Shown here: piece by piece, positions 51,101 through 58,820 of the stretch
How the letters are laid out: the number at the start of each line of letters is the position of its first letter
How positions within the stretch are numbered: position 1 is the first letter of the stretch
Made by a program: the position numbers and the translations under genes
Notes under the pieces: model-generated
Told to the model about the DNA's origin: nothing
The model's database searches: none
What the model saw: only the letters and a program-made list of their open reading frames with translations
DNA from: Phoronis australis
Taxonomy: Eukaryota > Animalia > Phoronida
DNA length: 64,000 nt
Assembly: GCA_002633005.1 (NCBI GenBank)
Contig: NMRA01000830.1
Span: 47,235 to 111,234, forward strand
Direction of reading: 5' to 3'

Positions 51101-54100
51101 TGAATTTACTGCTGAGATATGCAGGAGCCAAGCCATTGATACATCTGTATATACAACAGGCAGAGGGATATTTATTTCTTTGTCTTACTTTCATAAATCC
51201 CAGCTTGGAGTACAAGTCGTCAACCCTAGTGTCCCTAATTTTAGTACCCAGGATAGCCCTGGCGGCTCTATTTTGGATTACTTGGACTTTGCTGACAAGT
51301 GTGTCACTAGTGTGCCCTCAAACCGGTAAACAACAATCAATATGAGGCTGAATAATAGAATGGTAAAGGGTCTTAAGAGTACGGACACTAAGAAATTTGC
51401 CTAGACGTTTAAGTACACCGATTTTCTTTGATAATTTCTTTGTGATATGATCTATGTGCATATTAAATTTAAGATTGGGATCTAAAATAAGGCCCAAGTA
51501 CTTAAACTCATAGGCCAATTTATCTACCATGGTTCAAATAGCTACTAAAACCATTCATCAATGGATACCAGAGAACCGAAAACTATCACATCTATTTTGG
51601 CTAATTTTCATCACATTTCTTCAAGCAAAAATGATTATAACAAAATCTTACTGGGAATTCAATTTCAAAAGTCAAACATTTCAAAAATAACTAGGAGCAT
51701 ATTTGCCAATTTTAATAATGATCCTCTGTATGGCTTGGCAGATACAGAAACAGACAACAAAAACAGTGTAAAAAATAATCAAAATTGCCACTAGTAGCAA
51801 CACAGCTGTACCAGTGGTAGTGTGTAACTAAACACAGCTTTGCAGAGGGTTTATGGTACTGGCTGAAAAGATGATTGTGGATTCACGGTGCGTATTTCTA
51901 GCATTTTTATGACTTTTTTGCAACCACGCAAAAAGTATTCCACAAAGTCTCAAAATATCGTGAGTTAGAAATTTTGTTTCATCAAATCAGCATGACTTGC
52001 ACAGCAGAACTAGAAGTTGAGTTAAGAAAACAAGTTGTATGTACATTGTTTACAATTGAAGCCAGCATCAAAATTTTTCTTGAGAAGTATCAGAAATCAC
52101 TCTTCTGTAGCGCAATAATTAGAAAGACAAGGCGAGGCCGTCAGCCAGCAATATCTTCTGCCAAAGCTTCTGTTGCGTACAGAAAAACCATTTACCTACA
52201 TGTATGAGTGAAAATCGAGAACAAGAAAATAAGTCAAAATTGTAAAATGCCGACAATATACGGTTCAACGTTTTGTTACAAACAAATTTTTAATGTTTAG
52301 CTCAAGTCCCTTGAGAAATGTAGGAGTTAACACAGAAAACTTTCTGTACATATACACAAACGGCACACATACCCACAAGCTGATGGACATTATATGTTTG
52401 GAAAGACACCAACAGTTGCCCATACAAACAACATCTCTGCCAAACAAAGCAGTAGTGTTGTTCATATGGTACAAATAGTATCTTTGTCAGAAACATTACT
52501 TACTTGTGACAAGTGTGCCGTATACTTCTACCTCACACATAACAAGAGGCTGTGCTCCAAGTTGTTGTATAAACAGGTATCTGCCATATACAGCTTTGTC
52601 ACAGTTGATCCTTTGAGTTACACCTGCACCAACAGTACCATTAAAGTGATGACACAAGGGGGCGGTAGATGACAACTGATCACTGGAGGACACACGGATA
52701 TCAAAGTTAGTCAAAGTTGTATCTGAAAGAGTAATAAAAACTTATCAGATACAAATTATTGACAGGTTAACTAATTTTACTGATGAACCTGGAAATGAGA
52801 ACAAGTTTACTGAGGAGCTGCAACATTTGATATGAATCAAGGCAGAAAGTTGGAAAACAAATTACAGGTCCAACAAAACTTCAACAGGTATAATTGTCAT
52901 TTACGTCAGAATTTGCATATTGCATGTGTCAGAGAAACGTTTTTCCTGCATTATAGAAAAGTCCAGATAAGTATAAAGAACATCTTGTGAAAAAACTTAA
53001 ACCTTTGTTAAAGAAATTTGAAAAAGCACTTTATTTCAACAAGATACAACTCTAAATCACATACAGTTGTCTGGATGCCATCTGTTGGTTATATCGACCC
53101 TGTACACGGCATAAACATTCTGCAGGTCAACTCTCCACCAATCATTTGATCTGCTTGTGGTGTGTGAACAGCTTTTACCAAACTTTAAGTCTGTGTTTTT
53201 GTTTCCATCAACAGCAAGTGATGCAGCGCCTCCTTCAGCACGAGTTGACGACTGTATAGCAGGTTTACCCAATGCAATGTTTGTAGTCACTGTAAGAAAC
53301 ACAAGAGTGTGAGGGGTGTACAGCCACATGTAGACTGTATAGCAGGCTTACCCAACGCAATGTTTGTACTCACTGTAAGAAACTAGAGCAACTTTTATAA
53401 TACTTACAAACAGGACACCTGTAAACATCACAGTAACTCCATCTACCATCCGCAGTAGCATGGTAACACCACGGTCCACTTAGGCTTCTGTTGGGGTTTC
53501 TACAATAGTCGGCAGCACTTTGTAGTGTATCATCTGGTAGCTTTTCTGTGATTATACCATGTGTATTTGGAGTCTGTGAGTCCCAGCGCTGACAATGGTC
53601 GTTGCCTCGAGTGGTCTTAACTAGACCAGAATAAGTTTGTCCAAAGTTGTCAATCTTGCACTCTTTGTTAGGTAAGATTGTACCTAAATGTATCATCACT
53701 TTTTTAAGGAAAAGTCAAATGACAGAAATATCATTAAAAAGGAACTCGTTCTATCCAATACGACACTGTATGAATAAGCATGAAAAGTTTCAATCTCAAA
53801 ATTGGATGAATTGTGTCTTATTTGTTGAGATGTTAATCTCATAACTAAATGATTTGATTTTTCCTCAGAAGTTTTCCAAATTTCAACCCTTACCTGTTGT
53901 ACTATATACATGCAGCTCTACTATCTCAAGTTCAATCATAAGCATGCTGTCAGTTAATGCTTCATGTACAGTCACCAGATTTAGAGTCTAGACTGACACA
54001 ACTGATCCCTTGTCTACTACTTGTCCAAATTATGAATTATCAACAAGCACTCAAAATTTATAGGAACAACTAAACAAAGATGCAAATGTTACAGGAAATT

Positions 54101-57100
54101 AAACTTCAAAATCAAAGTAAAAGTAATTAAATTAAAACTGAAACTGTGGTGAGTGGAATGAAAAGCAATTCAAATTGCGTCTATGGACACGCAGCAGAAA
54201 TGTAAAAAAGCTGCCACTAGGGGGGCACAGTACTATTTCGTATTCATCTGAAAGAAATCATCATCCATTGTCAAGTTCATAGGTAAAAAAACTGCCATAT
54301 TTGACAAAGATTAATAGGATTAAAGATGAAAAACAGGTTTTCATCATGGGATGTCATAGTACCCAGACCTAACCAAAATCAAGGACAGCCGTGTTCTTTT
54401 CAATACAACATAAATGCCAACTTTTCTTACGTTTTTGGCAGGTTTGGCGGATAGAGAGGTGGATGACAAAAAAAGACTTAAAAAATCTTAAAAATGGTCA
54501 CTAGGTGGAACAGAATACGTCAAATCCATAAACAAATAAAAAGGTATAGTTGTTTCTGTAATAGGAACTTATTTGCCAAATTTTATGAAAGTTGATCACA
54601 CAAACATGAAAAACAAATTTGCCACTAGAGGGCACAGCAGTGACTGAATCAGTCCAAAATCCATTTTCTTTCTCTAGCATCACAGGAACATATTTTCCAA
54701 ATCTTGTGAAGATCCTGTAAATACAGTAGCAGACTGCAGATGCCTAGACAGAGATGATGGAAATGTGGATATGTGGGTGCATGTAACAATTCCGTAAAAT
54801 TTTGGAGAGTATTCTTTAGCTGTGAGAAAACACCCTTTTAGGGCAATAGGTGTCACTTTTCATAAACCTCTTCTGTAGGAATACCCTTTGAGCTGACATG
54901 GCATGAATTTGGCTAACTATTATCATTATTATTATTACTAGTACTACAACAAGTGCTGTTTCAAAAGGATTTTAATGGGGTTCTTAAGTTCAACCTTAAC
55001 GATAATGTGAGGAACGTTTTGATAGCTGTGGATGCAGAGTAGGATTACTTTTTGGAAACGAGGAGGTTGAGATTTAAATTCTTGTATAGACATGCACCAT
55101 CTATTGGCAACCTCGGAAGTGTTTGTAATATAACTATATCCTTCTGTAGTTTGCCATGAAGAACTGAATTCAGACTCTAATCTTTTACTTGGGACTTACA
55201 TCTAAATGTGAGGATACCCACCATATCATTTTTGTCTCTTGCTGAAAACAAATTTCCTCATCAAAGAACTGGGACTCGTTCCTCGATGATGAGTCAGTTC
55301 AAAAATTGTGTTAAGCTAATCTCTGGAGGCAGACACTTTTCAAGATCTGGCGACTGGTCGGCTATGGCCGCGGTCACCGGGTCATTAGAATAGTTGGTAA
55401 TGGACATACAAAACACACAACAATTTCATATGAAATGGGCCACTATACTCTTAGAAGACAGTAAGGAATTTCAACTAGATTTCATAGAAAGAGGGTTGTA
55501 TGGAACAAAAACGGCCAACGTCAAAGTCAGTGATAGCAGAATGTCCAATCTCTGTCTTCATATATAAACTTCGTACTAACGAACATTGAAAAATAACAAA
55601 ATTAATTGGCATTTTATATTAAAAGATAATATAAAGAGAAAATGCACTTTTTGTAATCCGCAGGAATGGTGCACTTCTCAACAAACTTTCCCCGCACATT
55701 GGTGAGATGTACTTCGCCAATGGATTTTTACAACTAAGGTGGTAGACAAAACTAGTTGGTACCAGAAACTTTGGTTTTGCTCCTTTTGTGTGGAGTGGGG
55801 CAATTAATGAATCAGCGATGATTTCAAGGCAGTAAAATTGGCTGATAAAAATCAAACTATCATGGACTAAAAGGGTCGATTTTTTTTTCAAATTGGTTTC
55901 CGAAATTAAACTCTTCATGAAACATTTTGTTATGGTTGCATTTATCGAAAAAATACACACTTGGTTTATGACCTGGGAGCACCAACAAAAGATTGCAAGA
56001 ATGCTTCAACAATAAACTGATCCTGATCCTGGAAACTCCTTTGGTCTGGAGTTGAAACTGTACGGTTCACATTACTTGACTATACCAAGAAACCATTCAT
56101 GTTAAAAAACAATGCAAAGCACATGGGGACACATATATCTGAATTTGAACGGACAAAATTTCATTCAAACAATTCAAGAAAGAAGCCATTAAGTGTGGTA
56201 ACCATTTTCCTCCTGTGAAAAGTACCATGCAAACCCATGAAATATGAAATCGCTTAGGTAACCCTGTGTACAATATGACATTTGAGGTACCTTTTCCCAA
56301 AGTTTAAAATTCTACCATACCCTGAGCTACCCTATCAAGAAATTAAAATGATCTCAGATGTTCTGAAAGCGAGCTGAATGAGCATTGAGCTTGTGCAAAA
56401 CATACTGTATTGGCTCTACAAGTTGGCTATGAAATGGATCACAAATTTTCACTTTTGTTCATTTAATTCATTTCAACCTTGATACTTTTCTGCCGACAAA
56501 TATGCAACAACTCACCGGAAGAAATCACAACACCATGAATTTGTACTTCACACAGCGTGAGGGCCACATTTTCATCGAAAATCTGTATATACAAATAGCG
56601 CCCAAACACTGGATGAGGACTGCAGTCTATACGTAGTGTAGCTCCTGTACTAGCATGTCCTTCGTAGAAACTACACTGTTGGTATGGGGCAGATAGGCTT
56701 GAGATGTTGGTTACCTTGACAACAAAGTTATGGAGCCGCTCACCTATCGAAATACGAACAGACAGACATCAAGTGTAAACAGCGAGTCAGTGAAAACACA
56801 GCAGATCAGTCTAGAGGCCATGAAAAGGGCATCTACCAGTGACGTCTTTTGGTCACCTCAGTGGTGAAAGGGTCCATCCCCAAATTAGCCTAAGTTCATT
56901 TTGGTGTTTTGTTTATTTTTAGATACATGTAATTCGCGGAGGCTATCTATAAGACCAACCACAAAAACGAGAATGGGAAACATAAATCGTGAATTTCCAA
57001 CCCTTCGCCGAGGAGCACTTCACAAAAACTGAAAAAAATCTTCACACAACATGCAATCAATGGCAAAGGCACAAAAACACATTTACTGTTGAAATTTCAT

Positions 57101-58820
57101 ATAGCTGTTAATGGGATCAAATAAAAGTGTATAACTTCTAGGATCCCATTCTGCCACGCAGTTGGCTTCAATCAGTTTGAAACTGCGCTACGTGGAGTTT
57201 TAAGGTAACCATCCAACCTTGTGTGTGCAAAATGAGCAAGTTGATAGAGACAACTTCAGTAAGTTTCAATAGAAAACATTTTTCAAAAAATAGGTTTTAA
57301 TGGTATGGAAAACCTTCACGGCAAAAACCTTGTACCAATCATATATCCAAGTTGTGTTTTAGTAGCCTTATTTATTACTAAGAGTTAAGTAACAGTGCAT
57401 TCATAATACCCATCTTGTACCAATCACTAATTGTTGGCTTTGGCACCCACAACTAAAGCTCCCACCTTCCATATTACAAAATTGAAAGCCTTTAATTAAG
57501 CAATACGCAGAATCACAAGAACAGCAAGAGTTCATTGTAAACAATCGACTTAACAGACCTGTATGCAGTTAGACCTCTTAAAAATCCTAATGTTGTGTTG
57601 ACAAGATTACAAAAGTTAAGACTGATCCTTGGGTATCTACCCATTATTGAGTCAAAGAACGACACCTAGCAGTATAAAATCACCAAGACTTAACAAAGTC
57701 CTAGTCAGGCCTTAAATTTCAAATAACTGCGATCATACATGTGTTAATTGTTAATGTAAAATAAAAACAATCCTCGGCCCTGCTTTAGTTTCTTGACATG
57801 TAAAGAGCTCCCAGAATGTTAATGTTACAGATCATGCTTCATGCATAAAACTGACAGCTAAGACAAGGCAACTGGTAAAAGTATGGCATTCTCCCGTTGA
57901 GTCCAACTTGTTCGGTTGTATAGCACAACAACAAGTTGGGCGGATGACCACTGTAGCCTGTACTGAGTGATTAAGTACATTCTAGCATTTATGGTGGGAG
58001 GACCAGCTCTCTTTTGTTCGATAATTGCGCTAATCTCGCATAAGATCCTATCTAGCATGACTGGGCTGTGCTGTTAAAAATAAAAGTTGAGTTATAAATG
58101 TTTGAACATAAACCAATAGCATTTCTGAATTCCTTGTCAAATGCTGACCATATTTAGGTTTTAAATGACCAAAATCGCCCCAAATACAACAGAAGTTAAG
58201 ACAATCTATTCTGTCCGAACGTACCAACGCACTGGGTTTGACTGTGTTCACATGTGGTCGGTAATAAGCTTGGTACATAATTGGCCTGCATGTTGTCATA
58301 CCAGACAAAAGACTGTGCTCGGCAGTAAACCAAGGAGATAGATAGTATCAGTACCTAGTCACTGAACAGGAGAACACCCTAATGATACAAACTTGTTGAG
58401 CCTGGTGTGAACCAATGACCTGACTGGTCAAGTCCAGCTATCAGCTCTAATTTGAGTAAGGAACAACATGAGACCAATTTTATGACCCACACCATTACAC
58501 TAAATCAAAACTTATTTTTATGAAAACACATTTATAGCAACTCTAAGTCGGTATGTAAAATTAGTTCCAGTGAATTGTGACTTCATCAAAACATGTTAAA
58601 TGAAGGTACAATTTACCACAACAGTCATCTCGGTTCACTATGTTAACAGTAGAAATAGAGTACACAGCTAACAGGTCCACTCTCCACCAGGGGTCCTTCT
58701 CCTCATTTGTGTGAGTACAGTAGGTGTAGAATTGTCTCAGGTTCCCATCCACAGCTTTTGAAGATGTGTAAGAACCCACTGTGCTGGACTGTTGAGTTGG
58801 TTTGTTAGCAGCGATATTCA
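1..58820 (-). CDS. Multi-exon receptor-type protein tyrosine phosphatase-like gene, partial at both ends: FTL-Kringle-FTL-unknown module-4xFN3-TM-PTP(D2-like)
   Basis: About 20 exons, each with AG/GT boundaries and mutually compatible phases, translate without stops into recognisable domains in a coherent order (exons listed individually below). Confidence 0.88.
596..5725. mobile_element. Decayed, nested DNA-transposon remnant with pogo/Tigger-like termini
   Basis: CCCTAATAAGTGCCC (~606) is inverted to GGGCGCTTATAAGGG (~5709); the arm at 640-1000 recurs inverted at ~4770-4990 and directly at 37620-37870 and 62850-63330. Superfamily assignment is inference. Confidence 0.55.
1597..1850 (+). 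pseudogene. Frameshifted HIRAN-like domain ORF remnant
   Basis: Stitched frames give FYVNKEIWIPLEEDL / YNPFDKYAAFVLKGQAIMRHIPHKISK / KHGGTLNCIVTAKYRHS / IPCIMRFLG. Confidence 0.65.
5770..6337 (+). mobile_element. Kolobok-like remnant with decayed KolX/P2RX7-intracellular-like ORF
   Basis: YQFEQEYSDEE motif followed by decayed Cys-rich sequence; terminus ...GGCATACTCCT|TTAA at 6337. Confidence 0.55.
7550..7740. repeat. Degenerate tandem repeat (TAGTCA(TGACTA) core)
   Basis: Recurrent tagtcac/tagtcatgacta motifs. Confidence 0.7.
7998..8117 (-). CDS. Exon: PTP domain (TQxP, DFWRMV, IVMLN motifs)
   Basis: gtttccag|...|gtaaga; 120 nt, phase 0-0; DNIIMTQMPYPDDDIDFWRMVYDHDVDVIVMLNE. Confidence 0.92.
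10125..10413. repeat. 71-bp tandem repeat x4 containing a PTP exon end and donor site
   Basis: gtcatgactgg at 10130, 10201, 10272 and 10343. Confidence 0.95.
10381..10454 (-). CDS. Exon: PTP domain (DYINA motif)
   Basis: gtgtttcag|...|gtaagt; 74 nt, phase 1-0; NSHRPILKTPVKGRGDYINATFVG. Confidence 0.92.
10918..11044 (-). CDS. Exon: PTP domain start (KNR motif); copy at 22277-22403 and gap-truncated copy at 12426-12443
   Basis: attgcag|TTA...|gtaagt; 127 nt, phase 0-1; LLQKLC...NIGKNRDKAIYP. Confidence 0.88.
11304..11318 (-). CDS. Candidate 15-nt microexon (HGLFS)
   Basis: ttctttgttttag|CATGGTTTGTTCAGC|gtaagt; phase 0-0; splice sites retained in all three copies. Confidence 0.4.
11538..11623 (-). 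CDS. Probable linker exon before the PTP domain (copies at 12937-13022 and 22903-22988)
   Basis: Pyrimidine tract plus AG and a strong CAG|gtaagt donor; 86 nt, phase 1-0, which bridges the JM and PTP exons; TTNVFISYLINAGCIIHQLICNVSRSKQ; open in all three copies. Confidence 0.55.
11755..11914. repeat. 17-bp minisatellite GAGT(G/C)CACCCATAGCA(C/T); also 13155-13350 and 23123-23251
   Basis: Directly visible tandem units; this copy runs into an N gap. Confidence 0.95.
14864..15019. mobile_element. Palindromic MITE-like hairpin element
   Basis: ATAGATTATTACATG...CATGTAATAATCTAT termini; internal arms gtggattttg/caaaatccac and aattatc.ccc/ggg.gataatt. Confidence 0.8.
16400..17765. repeat. Satellite-like array (GCGGAACCGTTCCGCATGCGG core) in two opposite orientations
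   Basis: 16410-16690 is reverse-complementary to 17000-17110 and 17220-17390; a further copy lies at 23253-23525. Confidence 0.8.
17106..17219 (+). mobile_element. L1/Tx1-type LINE APE endonuclease N-terminal fragment
   Basis: RKDVFNYLKGKKYIYCLQDTHF...IRAQWG; ends at a contig join (n). Confidence 0.7.
18330..19264. mobile_element. Kolobok-like non-autonomous remnant nested in a dispersed repeat
   Basis: Ends ...GTAGGGTCT|TTAA; minus-strand APCMFKPEESE resembles the PYxFEP motif; it splits the repeat at 18050-18320 and 19270-20050. Confidence 0.45.
22024..22088 (-). CDS. Second copy (allelic or duplicated) of the juxtamembrane exon
   Basis: Same boundaries; SATEVS instead of SAIEVS; inside the 20030-22114 block matching 23526-25622. 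Confidence 0.7.
25532..25596 (-). CDS. Exon: basic stop-transfer/juxtamembrane segment
   Basis: gtatttag|...|gtaaaa; 65 nt, phase 2-1; RRRKRKRTKRQTNNNSAIEVS. Confidence 0.88.
26061..26145 (-). CDS. Exon: transmembrane helix
   Basis: ttctttcag|...|gtaagt; 85 nt, phase 1-2; IDLGAVGGSVGAVVVILVVVVIVVIIV. Confidence 0.92.
26395..27860. repeat. ~65-70 bp two-variant satellite (also 28880-29297, 30896-31005 and a fragment at 36783-36897)
   Basis: Core tagttggttgacatccaacatccaatagctg.cccacctggtgg with two alternating tails. Confidence 0.93.
29298..30895. mobile_element. TIR element inserted into the satellite with a ~10-bp TSD (Mutator-like by TSD length); partial copy at 27862-28790
   Basis: Imperfect inverted termini (atagacatc.../...gatggctat; ccatattggagagtgctac inverted); flanks gggacagata and gggccagata; an N gap lies inside. 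Confidence 0.6.
33790..33958. repeat. 40-bp minisatellite CCACCAATAGCTATTACCAATAGTCAGTGATGAGATGTGC (also 38436-38645)
   Basis: Visible tandem units bordering N gaps. Confidence 0.95.
34063..34353 (-). CDS. Exon: membrane-proximal FN3 domain
   Basis: cttccag|...|gtaagt; 291 nt, phase 1-1; FTVSW...NGEFTNYRV...PYTHYSVVVKVCNVIGCS. Confidence 0.93.
34378..34635. repeat. (AAT/AAG/AAC)n low-complexity tract
   Basis: Visible; generates the spurious hydrophobic N-terminus of ORF 34052..34663. Confidence 0.95.
34914..35228 (-). CDS. Exon: FN3 domain
   Basis: atttcag|...|gtttgt; 315 nt, phase 1-1; VPGPVGNLEV...IIVSWSLPDIPNGVIAKYQV...LESNADYRIRVRAFTNEGGG. Confidence 0.93.
36280..36535. repeat. 43-bp minisatellite (also 39095-39305)
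   Basis: agcatggtcacagaataattaatacacaatccatacagagtgc units at 36305, 36348 and onward. Confidence 0.93.
39452..41717 (+). mobile_element. Internally deleted Ty3/Gypsy LTR retrotransposon
   Basis: TG...CA LTRs at 39452-39572 and 41564-41717; PPT AGAAAAGGGGA; PBS-like tgttggcagcgg; TSD gtaag/gtcag; decayed gag (FKKWKQQL, LQERLLRE, Cys knuckle) and integrase (YLVVVDYASNF, GVPTRIVSD); RT essentially absent. Confidence 0.9.
42884..42995 (-). pseudogene. Diverged partial duplicate of the 44003-44222 FN3 exon abutting a LINE 5' end
   Basis: RYDVEVTVVNDMSFQSVAKVMDITTAETG|gtaaag versus RYDVEVTAVNDMSLQSQEMDRTITTAQTG|gtaaag; homology spans about 42884-42968. Confidence 0.8.
42996..43902 (+). mobile_element. 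5'-truncated RTE-clade LINE (RT C-terminal part)
   Basis: GVRQGDPISPKLF, LRFADD, YKYLGQ, KWRWGGHVAR; (AGAGTC)3 tail. Confidence 0.92.
44003..44222 (-). CDS. Exon: FN3 domain, second part
   Basis: tttcag|GAT...|gtaaag; 220 nt, phase 0-1; ILEYRIVFK...LQDLDAYIRYDVEVTAVN. Confidence 0.9.
44411..44493 (-). CDS. Exon: FN3 domain, first part
   Basis: tttccttag|...|gtaagt; 83 nt, phase 1-0; PSPVQNLTG...LTLTWD. Confidence 0.88.
44627..44960. mobile_element. MITE-like remnant with CAGTGGCAGATTTAGGGG terminus
   Basis: Terminus related to CTAGATCCGCCACTG at 61868-61882; right boundary approximate. Confidence 0.45.
45594..45899 (-). CDS. Exon: divergent fibronectin type III-like domain
   Basis: tttttcag|...|gtaagt; 306 nt, phase 1-1; VILTFQAWP...FVVLYK...W...GLYKFNGQVV. 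Confidence 0.8.
46227..46562. mobile_element. MITE with ~30-bp terminal inverted repeats
   Basis: tttgttaaatgcacggcacttcattgttca ... tgaacaatgaaaagtgtcgtgcatttaacaaa. Confidence 0.75.
47222..47479 (-). CDS. Exon: unrecognised extracellular module, C-half
   Basis: ttgtcag|...|gtaggt; 258 nt, phase 1-1; GEQEMRLSNAVQVKQGDVMGYHY...RVPAMQALV. Confidence 0.85.
47830..48280. repeat. Dispersed repeat, second copy at ~57890-58340
   Basis: Shared ccagctctcttttgttcgataattgc, gactgggctgtg and ttgtcataccagacaaa blocks. Confidence 0.85.
48650..49985. repeat. Dispersed non-coding repeat family (also 18050-18320 plus 19270-20050, and 54180-54790)
   Basis: Shared internally repetitive motifs: aaaatggccactag(g)tggc, ccaaattttatgaaaatctgttgagg, ttaggagata. 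Confidence 0.75.
49988..50206 (-). CDS. Exon: unrecognised extracellular module, N-half
   Basis: cgtttcag|...|gtattt; 219 nt, phase 1-1, open; DGFLIGWKFNAARPGTVWADIWRQ...FTLVHK. Confidence 0.85.
50592..51512 (-). mobile_element. 5'-truncated L2/CR1-type LINE
   Basis: FKYLGLILDPNLKF, LKTLYHSIIQPHIDCC, GKRSFIYAAAIIWNS; 3' stem-loop at 50630-50675 and (TAAA)n tail. Confidence 0.9.
52504..52722 (-). CDS. Exon: F-type lectin domain 2, C-half
   Basis: ctttcag|...|gtaagt; 219 nt, phase 1-1; LTNFDIRV...C...C...GRYLFIQQ...LVMCEVEVYG. Confidence 0.92.
53065..53289 (-). CDS. Exon: F-type lectin domain 2, N-half
   Basis: ttcttacag|...|gtatgt; 225 nt, phase 1-1; NIALGKPAIQSS...AVDGN...CSHT...WWRVDL...ITNR. 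Confidence 0.92.
53408..53683 (-). CDS. Exon: kringle domain
   Basis: 276 nt, phase 1-1, catttag|...|gtaagt; ECK...GQTYSG...CQRWDSQTP...YCRNP...GPWCY...WSYCDVYRC with all six Cys. Confidence 0.95.
56516..56743 (-). CDS. Exon: F-type lectin domain 1, C-half (absent from ORF track)
   Basis: tttcgatag|GTGAG...TCCG|gtgag; 228 nt, phase 1-1; ERLHNFVVKV...C...C...GRYLYIQ...LTLCEVQIHG. Confidence 0.93.
58617..58820 (-). CDS. Exon: F-type lectin (fucolectin/FTP) domain 1, N-half
   Basis: tttatttcag|TGAAT...TGTG|gtaaat; 204 nt, phase 1-1; NIAANKPTQQSS...AVDGN...CTHT...PWWRVDL...NRDDCCG. Confidence 0.93.
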
